DNA of 64,000 bases from Cetorhinus maximus (lineage: Eukaryota), in contig NC_135894.1 in the NCBI RefSeq assembly GCF_964194155.1, forward strand, positions 6,200,001-6,264,000, read 5' to 3'. Below are positions 1 through 11,374 of the stretch, piece by piece. The first letter of the stretch is position 1. The number at the start of each line of letters is the position of its first letter. The position numbers and the translations under genes are program-made. The notes under the pieces were generated by a model. That model ran no database searches and had not been told where the DNA came from. It saw only the letters and a program-made list of their open reading frames with translations.

Positions 1-89
1 TCTCTTCTGTTCTCTTGAATAATTCAGCATACTTTGCTCTTTTTTTCCCGACATTTCAATGGGTCTGTGCCCTTTGTCCCAAAAGGATG

Positions 90-162
90 CATTTGGATAA
101 GGACTGGAGCCATGGACCTTCAGATTAAATGTCTGATGCTGTACCGATTCGGCTATCCGGCC
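90..162 (-). pseudogene. tRNA-Lys(TTT)-derived pseudogene
   Basis: Minus strand GGCCGGATAGCCGAATCGGTACAGCATCAGACATTTAATCTGAAGGTCCATGGCTCCAGTCC aligns with canonical vertebrate tRNA-Lys(UUU) (GCCCGGATAGCTCAGTCGGTAGAGCATCAGACTTTTAATCTGAGGGTCCAGGG). The T-arm/B-box is decayed. Paralogous to 54090-54161. Confidence 0.75.
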
Positions 163-849
163 TCCATTGAGCATGTTTCCCATAGCAGCCTTCACTGTCT
201 AACTAGAGTCATTACAGCGTCTATTTTTTCCATTCCCTTCTTTGTATTTCACCCCCTACAACGCGTTTCCCTCACAGACAGACCGGCAGCGTCACTTTGG
301 CTTCATTTCACAAACCTTCCAACTTGCATCAACTATTCACTCCTAACCAGTGGATGAGATGTGATGATTGCTGCTATCCTGTTCTGTGCATTAGACCTTC
401 AAAGGTTTGAAGAGTGTATTCATTTCAGGGAGCTATTAAGTTGCAGAAATTGAAGGGGGAAGCACTAAAGTCACAGGGATGGATTTCACGAGTGGGTAAA
501 TGATTTGTAATGGTGTTTGATGTGGGAAAGTGTAATACCATCCCCTTGAAATCAAGACAGCTCATTAGGAGTAAAGTTTAAATAGTGTGAAGCACTAAGT
601 GTAGGTGTCTAAATCGATCTGCAAGCCCGAGAGCATTGATTAAAACGATTCACCATGCACCCCTCCCCACTCTTTCCTGCATAACGTGCGGTAACATAGA
701 CCAGTCAACATCTTCCCTTGCTCTGCTAAACCCGGAATAAATCAAAGTGCTTCCTTAAGTAAACACCTCCAAAGGTAATATTGGTCCATTCGGGCTTCTT
801 AATATTGGCACGTAAACCCAAATGCTTTTTTCGGGCTTTGTTACGTTGA

Positions 850-1272
850 TGTAAACTTCATAACATCTGCCTCCAGTTGATGTCTTGCTGGGTTTTACTG
901 ATTTAGTTTTGTCACGTTTCTATCTTTATTCCTTCATGTTACTTTCGGACGGTTGCAATGCAGCCATTCACAGCCCCATCTAGACATATCCTTTGTTTCT
1001 TTACCATGCCCATTACAACTCTCTATGGATTTTACATCAAGAAACCTTTTCCCTCCTTCCCTCCACCCTCACAGACATTCGCTTTGTACATCCCGCCTCT
1101 TCCTCCTCTCCACAGGATTAACATTTAATATATTTATATCTTTCTTCACTTCTGATGAAAAGTCATCGTTCTGCACAGTTCACTCTGTTGCCTCCACAGG
1201 TGCTCCCTGACCGCTTGAGTATTCCCAGGATTATTTTTTAATATTCCCAGCAATTACGTTGCATTGCTTTAC
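850..1272 (+). mobile_element. Penelope-like element terminal repeat (pLTR), decayed
   Basis: Similar to 34860-35230 and to the reverse complement of 50680-50990. Contains CTGATGA (hammerhead core remnant) followed by the family tail CTCCACAG.TGCT..CTGACC..TGAGTATT.CCAG. Confidence 0.55.
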
Positions 1273-1544
1273 TGTCTGAAAGGTTGGTGGAATCCGATTC
1301 AATCTGAATTTAAAGGGAACTAATTTACAGGGTGACGTGGGAAGCTTGATTGTGGAACAAAATTGTCAGTTCTTTCCAAGAACGGGCACAGAGTAGATGG
1401 GCCGACAGGCCTCCTTCTGAGCTGCAGGATTTGATGAATCACGTCTTTAATTTCTGCGTTGACCGGGAGATTAGAAAATGGCTGAAGACGTGAAGGTGAT
1501 GACCGAATGGTCACAGGTAATTGTCTGATGTTGTGTGCCGAACA

Positions 1545-2266
1545 TGTAATACATGTAAGAGGATTTCAAGCACAGCACAAGTCTATAAATTGCTACTATA
1601 TTAACTCCTAAAACCCCTAATTAACCTCGCTTTCACTTACACTCCCGTTAAGGAAACAATAAAAACAAATATATTTAAACAGACCCCAACAAGTCCACAC
1701 AATACACTGGGCAGAAGTATTCAAAGTGGCTATTCCAAGCTTCGGTCTGTGTAGACAGCAGGCTTAATGCACAAATACTGAAGGCTGTTTGCACTTCCCG
1801 TCGACCTTAGAATGCCTTCCCTGCCATCGTTCTCCTTTATAAATGTTTGTCTTTTTTAATGTAATCCCCATTGTTCCCATAAGTCTTTGAAACTTACCTT
1901 TCTCATAATATGAATCATATTGCTAATCATAGTGCTAATATTATCAGGAACATTTGGAAAAATAAACATGCTGATTGCTTGCCTTCTCCGGCTAGGTGCA
2001 ACATCCAACCATCTCTTTGAAATTAAAACTACTGTGATTTACCTAAAACTGCAAATTCTGCTCACCTCACATTCTAAGACTTCAGCCATGTTTTCCCATT
2101 TAGCATTTCAAACCTAGATTCAGTTGATGAGTCAATGACTCCAGACCAGCTGCCCCCAATTCAATTACATCCCACAAACACTCAGAGAAACTAATCAAAT
2201 CCCACTATGTCCTACCTTTACAATAAATCACAATAATGTTAAGAGAATTATTGTACGTTCGTGACA
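1545..2266 (-). mobile_element. probable solo LTR (Gypsy-type)
   Basis: TG...CA termini (minus strand begins TGTCACGAAC). Similarity to the paralogous segment near 54540 stops at its left edge. No clear TSD. Confidence 0.4.
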
Positions 2267-2699
2267 TCTGGAATTCCCTCCCTTAAGCTCTGTCCCACTT
2301 TACCTCTCTCCTCTTCTTTCAAACACTCGTTCAAATCTACCCATTTGGCCAGACAGTTCGTCATTTTCCTAAGTACCTCCTTGTGAAACTTCGTTTTAAA
2401 TGTTGATATATAACGCTCCTTTCAAGCACATTGGCGAGGGGAAGGGTGGGGAGTTTGTGAAATGCAATAGATACATAGAAGATTCTGCTGTGTTGTTCAG
2501 TTGAGCGGGCTTCAAAATTAATTTGTGTGGATCCGTTCAAAGTTAATATATCACTCCGGTCAGAGCTCGGGTTATGGAATATTGATGAGGGTCACTGCTG
2601 AATCTGGGATGACGAGTTTTATCTAACGTTGGTTCCCATTTTTAGCAGCAGAAACCACAGGATATCCACGTTCATCATGCCGGAACTCCACCATCGATT

Positions 2700-3140
2700 T
2701 GTAATTTGGTAATTTCCATGAGGTGACCAGGACTGCACACAGTTCTCAAATTGTGGCCTAACTAATGATTCATACAGCTCCACCATAACCTCCCTGCAAG
2801 TATATTTAAGCCTCGTCTAATAAACGAAATGATTCTACTTGACTTCTTAAACACCTCATCGGCCTTTCATGTAACATTCGGGAATCTGTGGAGATTCGCT
2901 CCAATGTCCATCACTTCCTCGAAACCTCCCAATCCTCTCTTCATTAATTGTGTATTCCCTGCGACCTGTTTGAGTTCCCCAGCTTCATTACATCGCTCTC
3001 CCCAGGTTGAATTCCATTTGGCATTTTTCTGACCATCTAACCAGTCAATTGATATCTCTTTGCTATCAAACCTCCTCACTATCAAACACAGCCACTTTTC
3101 TCGTTGCATAAAAACGTCATGAAGATTCCCCCTATATATA
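2700..3140 (-). mobile_element. CR1-type LINE RT fragment
   Basis: Minus-strand translation (IDWLDGQKNAKWNSTWGERC) resembles the degenerate W..W.M.FN..KC region downstream of the CR1 RT core. Confidence 0.5.
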
Positions 3141-4319
3141 TTTCCAAATAGTTAATATGTGCCATGAAAAGCGCGGCTAAATATACATGTGGCTTTTTTT
3201 TTTCAGGGGAGAAATCTGGTTGGTGCAAATCCATCTCCCAAATACCCTTAACGCTGATGTTTTCAGGATTCACGTCGATTCTCGGGCGCTGTTTTAAATG
3301 TAAGTTCTCCATTGGCTCTGCCATGCAGCCCGATAAACAAATACCAATGATCTTTGCAGCAAAACAGTGCAACGGATTTGAAACCTTTGCATTATAACCA
3401 CTCACCGTTCATTGGTGACACATAACCTCCTGGGCTCAGAAATCAATGCCGCCCCCGTCTAATTCCAACCAATCCCGAACGCTTCGTTATGAAGACAGCC
3501 AGAAGAGGGTAAACGCGAGGCAAAACAAGATTGAGCTCCCCCAAAACTGTTGTTCTGCGGCTTGTGAAGCGGCGCTGCTGTATGACTGTTAATCAGGTAA
3601 ATACATCAATCACAGCGGCAGTTGGCCTGCTACTTACCGCTTTCCCAACTTGCTCTGATCGCCTCAAGTCATCGATTGAGGGCCAGGCGGAAATATATTT
3701 TGTTCCCTGACATTGCAACGCCCGCGAATGATAGCATCAAATGTAAATTTCAACAGGCACTCGGTAATTTCTCGTTGAAGCCCCCGCCGTGAGTTTGCCC
3801 GATTGTGAGCAACTTCCTTCCAATTCGCCATGAAATCCACACGCTTCAATTCCTACATCCTAGAGATACTGCAACATTTCCACACTATTTTTACTTCAGT
3901 GTTTGAAGTGCTTATGTATTTTATATAATTTAGCATCGTTCCGAAGGCAATTGTGAATGAGTAACTTGCACTGGTCATGCGCGACATGCCCACACCCCAT
4001 GAAATAAATAGAAAAGAGATTGCATAGATACCAGCCTATTGAAGGGAGATTTTGCAGTTTAAGGTTTGCTTTGAGCTGATTATTTTCATCATTGACAAGA
4101 AGGAGAAGGTATCTGTTGCTGAACAGCTTTGTGAAGATCGGATCATTCAGCAGCTCTGGGAGAAACATACACTCACAGCTCGCTGGTAACCTGAACTTTC
4201 AACTGGGCAAATCCGGGAGTTCCAGCCTGTGCGCGATCAATCAGCGAGGAAGATTGCGGAATCCTCCACTCACTGCCCGTTGAATTTGAAAACCAGATAC
4301 TAGGGGAACTTCACCAGGT

Positions 4320-4393
4320 GGCCGGTTAGCTCAGATGGTTAGATCGTGGTGCTAATAACGCCAAAGTCGCGGGTTCGAACCCCGTTCGGGCCA
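4320..4393 (+). tRNA. tRNA-Ile(AAT), near-intact
   Basis: GGCCGGTTAGCTCAGATGGTTAGATCGTGGTGCTAATAACGCCAAAGTCGCGGGTTCGAACCCCGTTCGGGCCA, 74 nt, 5 differences from canonical vertebrate Ile-AAU. A and B boxes are intact. There is one new D-stem and one new acceptor-stem mismatch. Confidence 0.9.
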
Positions 4394-4860
4394 ACGTAAT
4401 TTATTCGAGTTAGAAGTAATTAAAGCCCGGACCCGGTTCAGTTGTTATTCCTCCGCTGTCACATGGAAAGAGCGTTTCGAAAAGTTCTTCTGCAGCGTTG
4501 CAGGCTGTGTTTTTTTTCCATCCATGCTTCTTTCTTCTGGAACATTTCTTCCTCTAGTTCTGACAAATCCGTCCTTCTTTTCACAATTCTGTGCCACAAA
4601 TTTGTTGGCGACAAGACAGCAAAGCTTTGCTACTGTACCACGGATAACTTGCAAACGACGCTCTGCTCAGCATCTCTGGGACAAATATATCCTTACAGCT
4701 CCCTGGTAACCTGAAGCTTTGTCTGGGCAAATACGAGAGTTCCAGCCTGTGCGGGATTTGTCAGGTAAGGAAGAATGCTGAATTCTCCACTCACTGTTAG
4801 ACTGATTTTAAATGCATTTGATCAAACTAGGAACGTGCTGCTTGGCGACCAGTTAGCTCC

Positions 4861-5019
4861 GAGATAAAGGCAAAATGCTGCGGATGCTGGAAATCTGAAA
4901 CAGAAACAGAAAATGCTGGAAAAATCTCTTCAGAGTCATACGGACTCGAAATGTTAACTCTGTCTTTCCCTCCACAGATGTTGTCAGACTTGCTGAGTTT
5001 TTCCAGCACTTACTGTTTT
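4861..5019 (+). mobile_element. short Penelope-like insertion with inverted 5' tail and partial hammerhead (stem II GAGTC/GACTC, GAAA)
   Basis: Flanked by the 14-bp near-duplication GACCAGTTAGCTCC (4847-4860) / GATCAGTCAGCTCC (5020-5033). Carries the family tail CTCCACAGATG.TG.CAGAC.TGCTGAGTTTTTCCAGCA. 4865-4925 is a reverse-complement copy of the tail. Confidence 0.8.
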
Positions 5020-5094
5020 GATCAGTCAGCTCCAATGGTTAGAGGATGATGCTAATAGCGTTAAAGTTCACGGGTTCGATCCCCATTGAACAAT
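5020..5094 (+). pseudogene. tRNA-Ile(AAT) pseudogene
   Basis: GATCAGTCAGCTCCAATGGTTAGAGGATGATGCTAATAGCGTTAAAGTTCACGGGTTCGATCCCC retains the AAT loop and B box but has broken stems. Same cassette context as 4320-4393. Confidence 0.8.
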
Positions 5095-6940
5095 GGGACA
5101 TGGGAGATGTGTGGTAATTCTGTCCCTATTCCAGTTCAGTTGCAGTCCTTCTACTGTTCCATAGTTCGAGGTTCAGTTGTAATTCCTATACTGTCACATC
5201 GGAATGGGATTTCGAATCGGACCGTGTTCTCCTGCCGCATCGCAGGTTGAGCCTTTTTCTCTTCCACATTTCTTGCCTTTGGAAAATTTCTGCCTCTTGT
5301 CCTGACAAATCTGTCCTTTTTCACACTTCTGTGCAATAAACCGGTCAGCATCATGGCGACAAATATTTTCTCCTGTACAGAGAAACACTTGCAGACGAGC
5401 AGTGACATCGCTGTTAACTGTGCCCATGCCTGCCGTTCACTGCAATGCTGCAGGCAAATTACCTCGAGCCAGTTTGCAAGTGTCAGTGCAACCAATCGTA
5501 CTAGCCTACCATAAAGTGATTGCATTGAAGCTATCAACAGCTCTCTACACGACAACAATAACTCGCTTCACAACAATTTCACGCAAATACTGCATCTGTC
5601 AGCAAAGTCTATCCATTATCAAATTTCTCAACAGTCAGTCAGCTGCTGGCGAGGCCAAAAAAACATTTGCTGCTTCGAGATATCTTTTAAAAAAGCAGCA
5701 CAATATACTCCTAATGTGTTGTTAATTATTCTCAAACATGACCGGAACGAAGTAAAATACTGAACCGCGCCAAGTCTACTTCATTGCTGAGCGACTTGTA
5801 AGCGACGGATAAACTAGGTCCCTGAGAAGCCATTGTTTTCCCGTCTAACTTGTCGTAATTCCAATCTCTCTCAGACATTCTAGTGACGAAGACACCCAGC
5901 AGAGGGCAAACCCAACGCAAAATTACTGTGAGCTCTCCCCACGGTTTAGTAGCTTTGCTATATGACTGTTACTGGGATAGATTTTTAAATCACCGAGGGC
6001 AGTCGGCCTGTTATTTGTTCTCTTATTTACTGGTTCCGCAACTTGCTCCAATCGCCTAAAGCCCTGACTGAGAGCCAGGTGGAAATATCTTTTAGTTTCC
6101 TGCACTTGCAACTTCCCCGGCTTTTACTACCAACTTTAAAATTCAACAGGCATTCGTTCATTTCTCGCTAAAGAACCGCTCATAATTCGTAAAAACTGTG
6201 ATCGTTTTACTTCTCATTCGCAATTCAGTTCCAATTCCAAGCTTCACTTGCATCATCCTGAGGACAGGGCAACATCTCAAAACTAATTTTACTTCAATGT
6301 TTGAAGTATTTTCACTTTGTAAAGTTAGCAATCCTTCTCAAGGCAATTTCGGATGAGCAACTTATACTGGTCGTGGAGGCATATCCATATCTCATGTAAT
6401 AAATAGAAAAAGAGAGTTTGGATAACATATCAGCCTGTTGATGGCGAGAAGGTGTTCAGCTTGAGGTTTGCTTTCGGCGGAATATTTTGAACATTCAGAA
6501 GGGGAGCGTTGAAGTTGCTGATCAGCTTTGTGAACATCGGAACAATGAGGCAGCTCTGGGGAAAACTCATTCCCTTCCAAATCCCTGGTAACCTGAAGCT
6601 TTCAATTTACAAAGACGATAGTTCCAATGGTCCAGCTGGTGCGCGTTCAGTCAGCAAGGACTGAGTGTCGATGGTCCTTGGGTCGTTCTTCGGTACCATT
6701 CCAGACACAGAATCCGAGTGACCCCCGCCCCCCTGCTGCCTTGATACTGTCTCAAAGAAGTGTACAGGAAGGATATTGAGCGTATATTGTTTTCATGCTT
6801 TGAAAAAGTGTCTGCATGTATGACAGGAAAGAATCAAGGCGCATAATACTCAGTCGAAACACATCTGAACATTCCCTCTACATACTGTGATATTTATCTG
6901 GCTCTCTCTATCACTGATCTCGTTTCCCTCTTTCTTACGG

Positions 6941-7440
6941 CGAACCTGTTGACAATCATGATTCTCGCCAGAAGAAACTGCGGCCTTTTCAAATTTATCT
7001 GTCTATATGGTGTCTGGAAACAGCAGATCTACTGATCATGTTCTACATATATTAGAATATCAAACTTTCAGCAAATTCTTTACACGTTCATTCCTCTCCA
7101 ACACTTTCATTGTTATGGCAGCACCAAACTTTAAATTGAACAGGCACTCCGTCATTTCGCGCTGAAGCACCCGTCATAAGTTGGCACTGAAGTGGCCGCC
7201 TTACATCTCATTCGCAATTTAGCTCCATTTCCAATCTTCAATTGTCACTGTCATGGCCAGAATTTTAAAGCAAAGTATGTCACTGTGAAAACTGCTACAG
7301 TGACCATAACAGCGGTCTCTGTGCTGATCTATTGGGAGAATTTGCCATTTTGATTTGCTCAGGAACACAAATGTGCATTTCTCAGCAACTGAACAAACTG
7401 CAAAAACGGGTGATCAACAAACTGATCATTAACAATCTTC
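6941..7440 (+). pseudogene. GPR139/GPR142-like GPCR exon-2 remnant
   Basis: Starts (A)NLLTIMILARRNCGLFK after a mutated acceptor (TTACGG) and later reads QNFKAKYVTVKTA. Frameshifted and interrupted by a fragment of the tRNA-Ile spacer (about 7125-7245). Confidence 0.75.
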
Positions 7441-7509
7441 ACTCTGGTTCCCGCCCTGGCGTGGACTTTGTTTCCATCGTCTTCCGGGATAGTGGACTTT
7501 TCCCATGTT

Positions 7510-7700
7510 TTCAGGTGAAGTTCCAGGCAGCAGAATTTTGGATGAGCACAGGTATGTGTGGGGTGGAAGATGGGAGGCCGGCCAGGTGAACACTGGAATA
7601 GTCAAGCCGAGAGTGAACAAAGACATGGGTGAGGGTTTCAGCAGCAGATAAGCTGAGGCAGGGCCGCAATTGGCCGATGTTCAGGATGTTCAAGTACTGA
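7510..7700 (-). mobile_element. L2-type LINE 3' ORF fragment
   Basis: Translation NIGQLRPCLSLSAAETLTHVFVHSRLDYSSVHLAGLP..LIQNSAA matches the L2 ORF2 C-terminal SRLDYCN..L.GLP motif. Confidence 0.75.
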
Positions 7701-8207
7701 GTGTTCATCTGATAACAGCCTGTCAGTCTGTCTAATATCATGTAGTTATATCAGAGATATTAGGTGTAAAATGGATACAGCGTCAGCCACTATTGTTCAA
7801 TATTAGGATTGTTACTGTGTCTGTATCTCTGGAACATTATGTCGCTGCGGGACTTTTCACATTTCACTGCAATCAGAAGCCGACCAAAATTTCCCAGACT
7901 GTGGCCAAGGACTGAGACCCTTTAAAGCTGACATTAGCCCCTTTAGCTCGTCCAATTGGGATAATTCCCTGCAGGATATTTGCTGTTCATGAACCATTAA
8001 TATCAATAATTCCTGTCACTGGGTTCACTGAGAGGGATGAAGAGTCAGTGAACAGAGCGGAGTGTCACAGTTGTTCTGTTCCTGACTCTCCCCCTCCCGG
8101 TCTTTTAGTGAGGACTCGGTCTCCCAGGGAATGTGTTGTCTCCAATTCCGCCCGATTCCCGTCTTTTAACACTGAGAGAACTGACAGCTGTCAGTAACTC
8201 CAGTATC
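7510..8207 (-). repeat. inverted segmental duplication of 45961-46655
   Basis: Near-identical reverse complement, e.g. CCGCCCGATTCCCGTCTTTTAACACTGAG versus CTCAGTGTTAAAAGACGGGAATCGGGCGG. Confidence 0.9.
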
Positions 8208-8739
8208 GGGATCCTGGTGAGTTCATTGTGGTTCAGTGTTTAGACAACACAATAACAAACAAGGTTCACAGAACATATCATAACTCAGATTCAGGAGGGG
8301 ATCAGATACGTGGGCAATCTGCGCTCTCTACCTTCTGATTCAGGTTCCTGAACGTTGCGGAAAAATAATTGATAATTCTGGAATTGTTGATGTTGTGGTC
8401 GTATTAGATGAGGCGTTTTACTTCCCTGTGTCGTGCAAGGTTATCAGAAGATTGTAGGTTGGAGTACTGCAATTTGTCCTATGTTCTTTTGACGCAGATA
8501 AATTGTCGTGTACAGAGGTTCTCGCACACTTTGTGTGTAGAATTCTTTTTTCTAATTCCCTCGGTAAAAACCCTGACTTTAACTCTTTGACGGTGGCACT
8601 GGGTCCGAGATTCCCAGTCAGCGGGAATAGTTTTGCGCTGATCTTACTTGTTCAAATTTACAAAAAAATGCATCGAATGCCTCTTGCAATCATGGGGAAG
8701 GATCTCGGTAAAGGGACGGTCAGTGCGTTAAATGTAGGG

Positions 8740-9625
8740 GCTGAGCTCTGGTTTGATGTCGGGAATTGAAGAGGGTTAGGAGTGAGTTCAAAAGACAAAC
8801 AGATTTGCAGAGGAAGAAAACGGAAAGATTGGCGACGAGGAAGAAAGAGGAATATGAACGGTCTTCACCATCTTTCAAATTTTATTCAATGAAAAATCAA
8901 AAGAGAAAATAATCTCTGTGCCAAGGAGCTGCTGATAGTGCGAAGAACAGAACATAGAGCTGGAATTAGGAGAATCATCGTGTTCACTGAGGGAGAGGAG
9001 ATGGGATAAGAAAAGAAAAGTTGCGAGGGGGCGGGGATGAGTGGCTGGATCCTGAATAGCTGCCGTCCAAAAACAATGGAAATAAAGGGAAAAAATAAGT
9101 TTAATAAATTAATAAAATGGTGACAGATGTTATAATGTAAATTACTCTATCATGTTACAGTCACTGTTTACAAGATACTCGTTGACTGTCAGATTATTAA
9201 TGAATTCTGCCTCGTTAGTCATTACTAAACCGAGTGTGGCCGGCTCCTCTCGGTTTTAAAATACCTTTTTTCAGCAAACTGTCCTGGGTTCAAGCTACCA
9301 ATTCACTGATTTCACTAAAATTCCGATTCAGCCCAGTTTTAGTGAAAGAGCCAGAGTCGGGTGTTCGGACACATAGGGAACTGTCGGCTGACTGTTGGTG
9401 TGAAGGGCCTTTCCTTTCAAGGATCTTTAATATTCCAGGATCTCTAAAAACTACCGCTATTCCTAAATTTTTGAGACGAAATCTGCACTCTCCCCTGTAT
9501 ATGAAACAATGCCCAAGACATTTCCAATTTCCTCTTATGAAGGACAACGCCTACTCCCCTTCGAGGAATTGAACCCCGGTCTCCCGCGTGATAGGCGGGG
9601 ACACTGACGACTATACTAACGAGGA
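8740..9625 (-). repeat. inverted duplication of the tRNA-Asp cassette at 51687-52590
   Basis: Collinear reverse-complement similarity, e.g. CGGCTCCTCTCGGTTTTAAA versus TTTAAAACCGGGAGGAGCCG, including the tRNA-Asp body. Confidence 0.8.
9554..9625 (-). tRNA. tRNA-Asp body with ATC anticodon (variant or young pseudogene)
   Basis: TCCTCGTTAGTATAGTCGTCAGTGTCCCCGCCTATCACGCGGGAGACCGGGGTTCAATTCCTCGAAGGGGAG, 72 nt. Canonical Asp-GUC body with G34>A, D-loop GG>CG and a G6:A67 mismatch. Confidence 0.85.
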
Positions 9626-10279
9626 ACTGCTAAACTTCAGCACAAAGTGGAAAAACCTGGGGTTAACTTCACTCAGTAACAAATGAAAATGCTGAAGTGG
9701 CAAAATATGGGACTGGAGGGGGCTTCCATTAGTTGTTTCCGAGACTTCTGATTGAAGTCGCTGTCGTTCAATTGCTATCAGGAACTTATAATGCTTAATA
9801 ATCCACAAATTGATATTTGTAGAATGAAAGAAATTAAATTGTCCTCCGATCAGCACATTCATATCGTGAAGCATTCATCTTTTATGTAGTGTCTCGGTTT
9901 ACAAATGGGAAAATCTGACCGCCAGTGAGATCCGCGGATGTAACACTCACACCAAACTTCCAGGGAAGTTGTCAATATGGGGAATTGTCGGTGAATACGC
10001 GGCACACGCCTATGCTCAATAATGCGCACGACTGAGGAAAAAATGTAAATTCTGCACCTGCAGTGAAAGTCTAGGAGAGTTCGGAGACAATGAAAATATC
10101 ATCAATTCAGGTTATCTGTTTTGTGGCAAATGCTGGCAAAATAACACTCCTTCTGACCCCATTTTGGGACTCTTAATAATGATAGGGATTTATTTTTCCT
10201 CTTGAAACATTTCCCGACCAGGAACCCAATGAGGGGGAAAAAAAACAAATGTTAAAATGAAAGGTGAGTATATTTATGT

Positions 10280-10843
10280 TCACCCTGCAGTGATGGGGGA
10301 ATTCCCCCCGCCCCCTGTCATTATTGTGTCCAGCCTCCTGCTGGGCCGCCATCTTGCATTTGTGCAGCAGCTGTTTATTATTCGGTTCAGCTCCGTCTCT
10401 CCCGTCACTGGCTCTCCATCCTGTCGATGGTGCTGTCTCATGAACTCCGAGAAGGTAACGCATTCGCTTATTAAAATCACAAGACAGAGTCTCTTTGAGT
10501 GAAACATTTGGACCCAGGCCAAGTGTTTAGTTCACCACCCAGCAGATCCTGGGAATTACATGCAATGCATTCACTTGCTTTATAAATGCCTGGTTACTGG
10601 TTGATATATGCACTCATCCTTGACTGTCTCAATGACATTCAAGGGTAAACGCTTCCACCCGTCTGCTGTAGAAGCTGCGCCCCTGCAGATTGACTTGTGC
10701 AGGACATCACTAGTGAAGAGTGCACGCACCAGGCGGCTTATAACCAGTTTTCTGTTTTCTACATTTTTCAGAGTCTCCAATTTTTCCGGTGCTTCAAAAC
10801 ACATTTGACGATGTTGCAGTTCCACCTTCTCGTGCCCAGGGTT
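10280..10843 (-). pseudogene. BEN-domain protein remnant, two exons (10843-10618 and 10446-about 10280)
   Basis: Spliced translation KVELQHRQMCFEAPEKLETLKNVENRKLVISRLVRALFTSDVLHKSICRGAASTADGWKRLPLNVIETVK|EFMRQHHRQDGEPVTGETELNRIINSCCTNARWR fits the BEN pattern (L..LF..e.L..s...G...k..L....i..vk.....in..c.n.R). The upstream acceptor CTAACTTTCAG is good. The internal donor (ATGAGT) and acceptor (CTCGG) are each one base off consensus. Confidence 0.65.
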
Positions 10844-11374
10844 CTGAAAGTTAGGGAATTAATTAGAGACCCTGATAGTCCGATGGCTGCAAATGTGTGT
10901 TGCTGCTAAAACTTGATGGGATGTGAAAACTAGACAATGTGCTTTCATTTCCTGAGTGAATTGTACTTGCGTCAAAGCTCCTTTCCCACTCCCATTCCTC
11001 AATCCTGCCTCCAGCAGGTATCCTTTGTGTGAAAATGGATTCTTGAGGGCCCTGTAACTTTGTAATTTCGGCATTCATGTGTGGTTGATTGGCAGTTACC
11101 CCCTGAGGTCTGCATAATGCTGGGAATAACTGCTGGTCTGTTTGTAAAATATTTTTAAAAATGTTTCAATGATGGACATTGAACCATCGTAAAGAGCGAG
11201 TCAAAGCCTGATCGCTGCGATTTCTCATTTAAATTCCCAAACCGGAGACAAGAATCATTCATTGGCATCGATCAACCTCAAAGCTTCGAGGCTGAACTAG
11301 ACAGGCCACTATATGCCTTACAGAGCGGGTAGAACAAGGTCTTTCTTCATTCTCTCCAATGTAACATCCCTAAC

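Larger units (their letters stand above)
3440..6665 (+). repeat. degenerate tandem array of tRNA-Ile cassettes
   Basis: The leader CAGC.CTCTGGG..AA...CCTGGTAACCTGAA.CTTT recurs at about 4150, 4668 and 6550. The trailer 4430-4660 matches 5170-5400, and the spacer 3440-4260 matches 5850-6660. Confidence 0.8.

Noticed and set aside
3896-4168. 90-aa ORF as a viral or novel gene
   Set aside because: The paralog at 6290-6580 does not keep the frame, and I recognise no motif.
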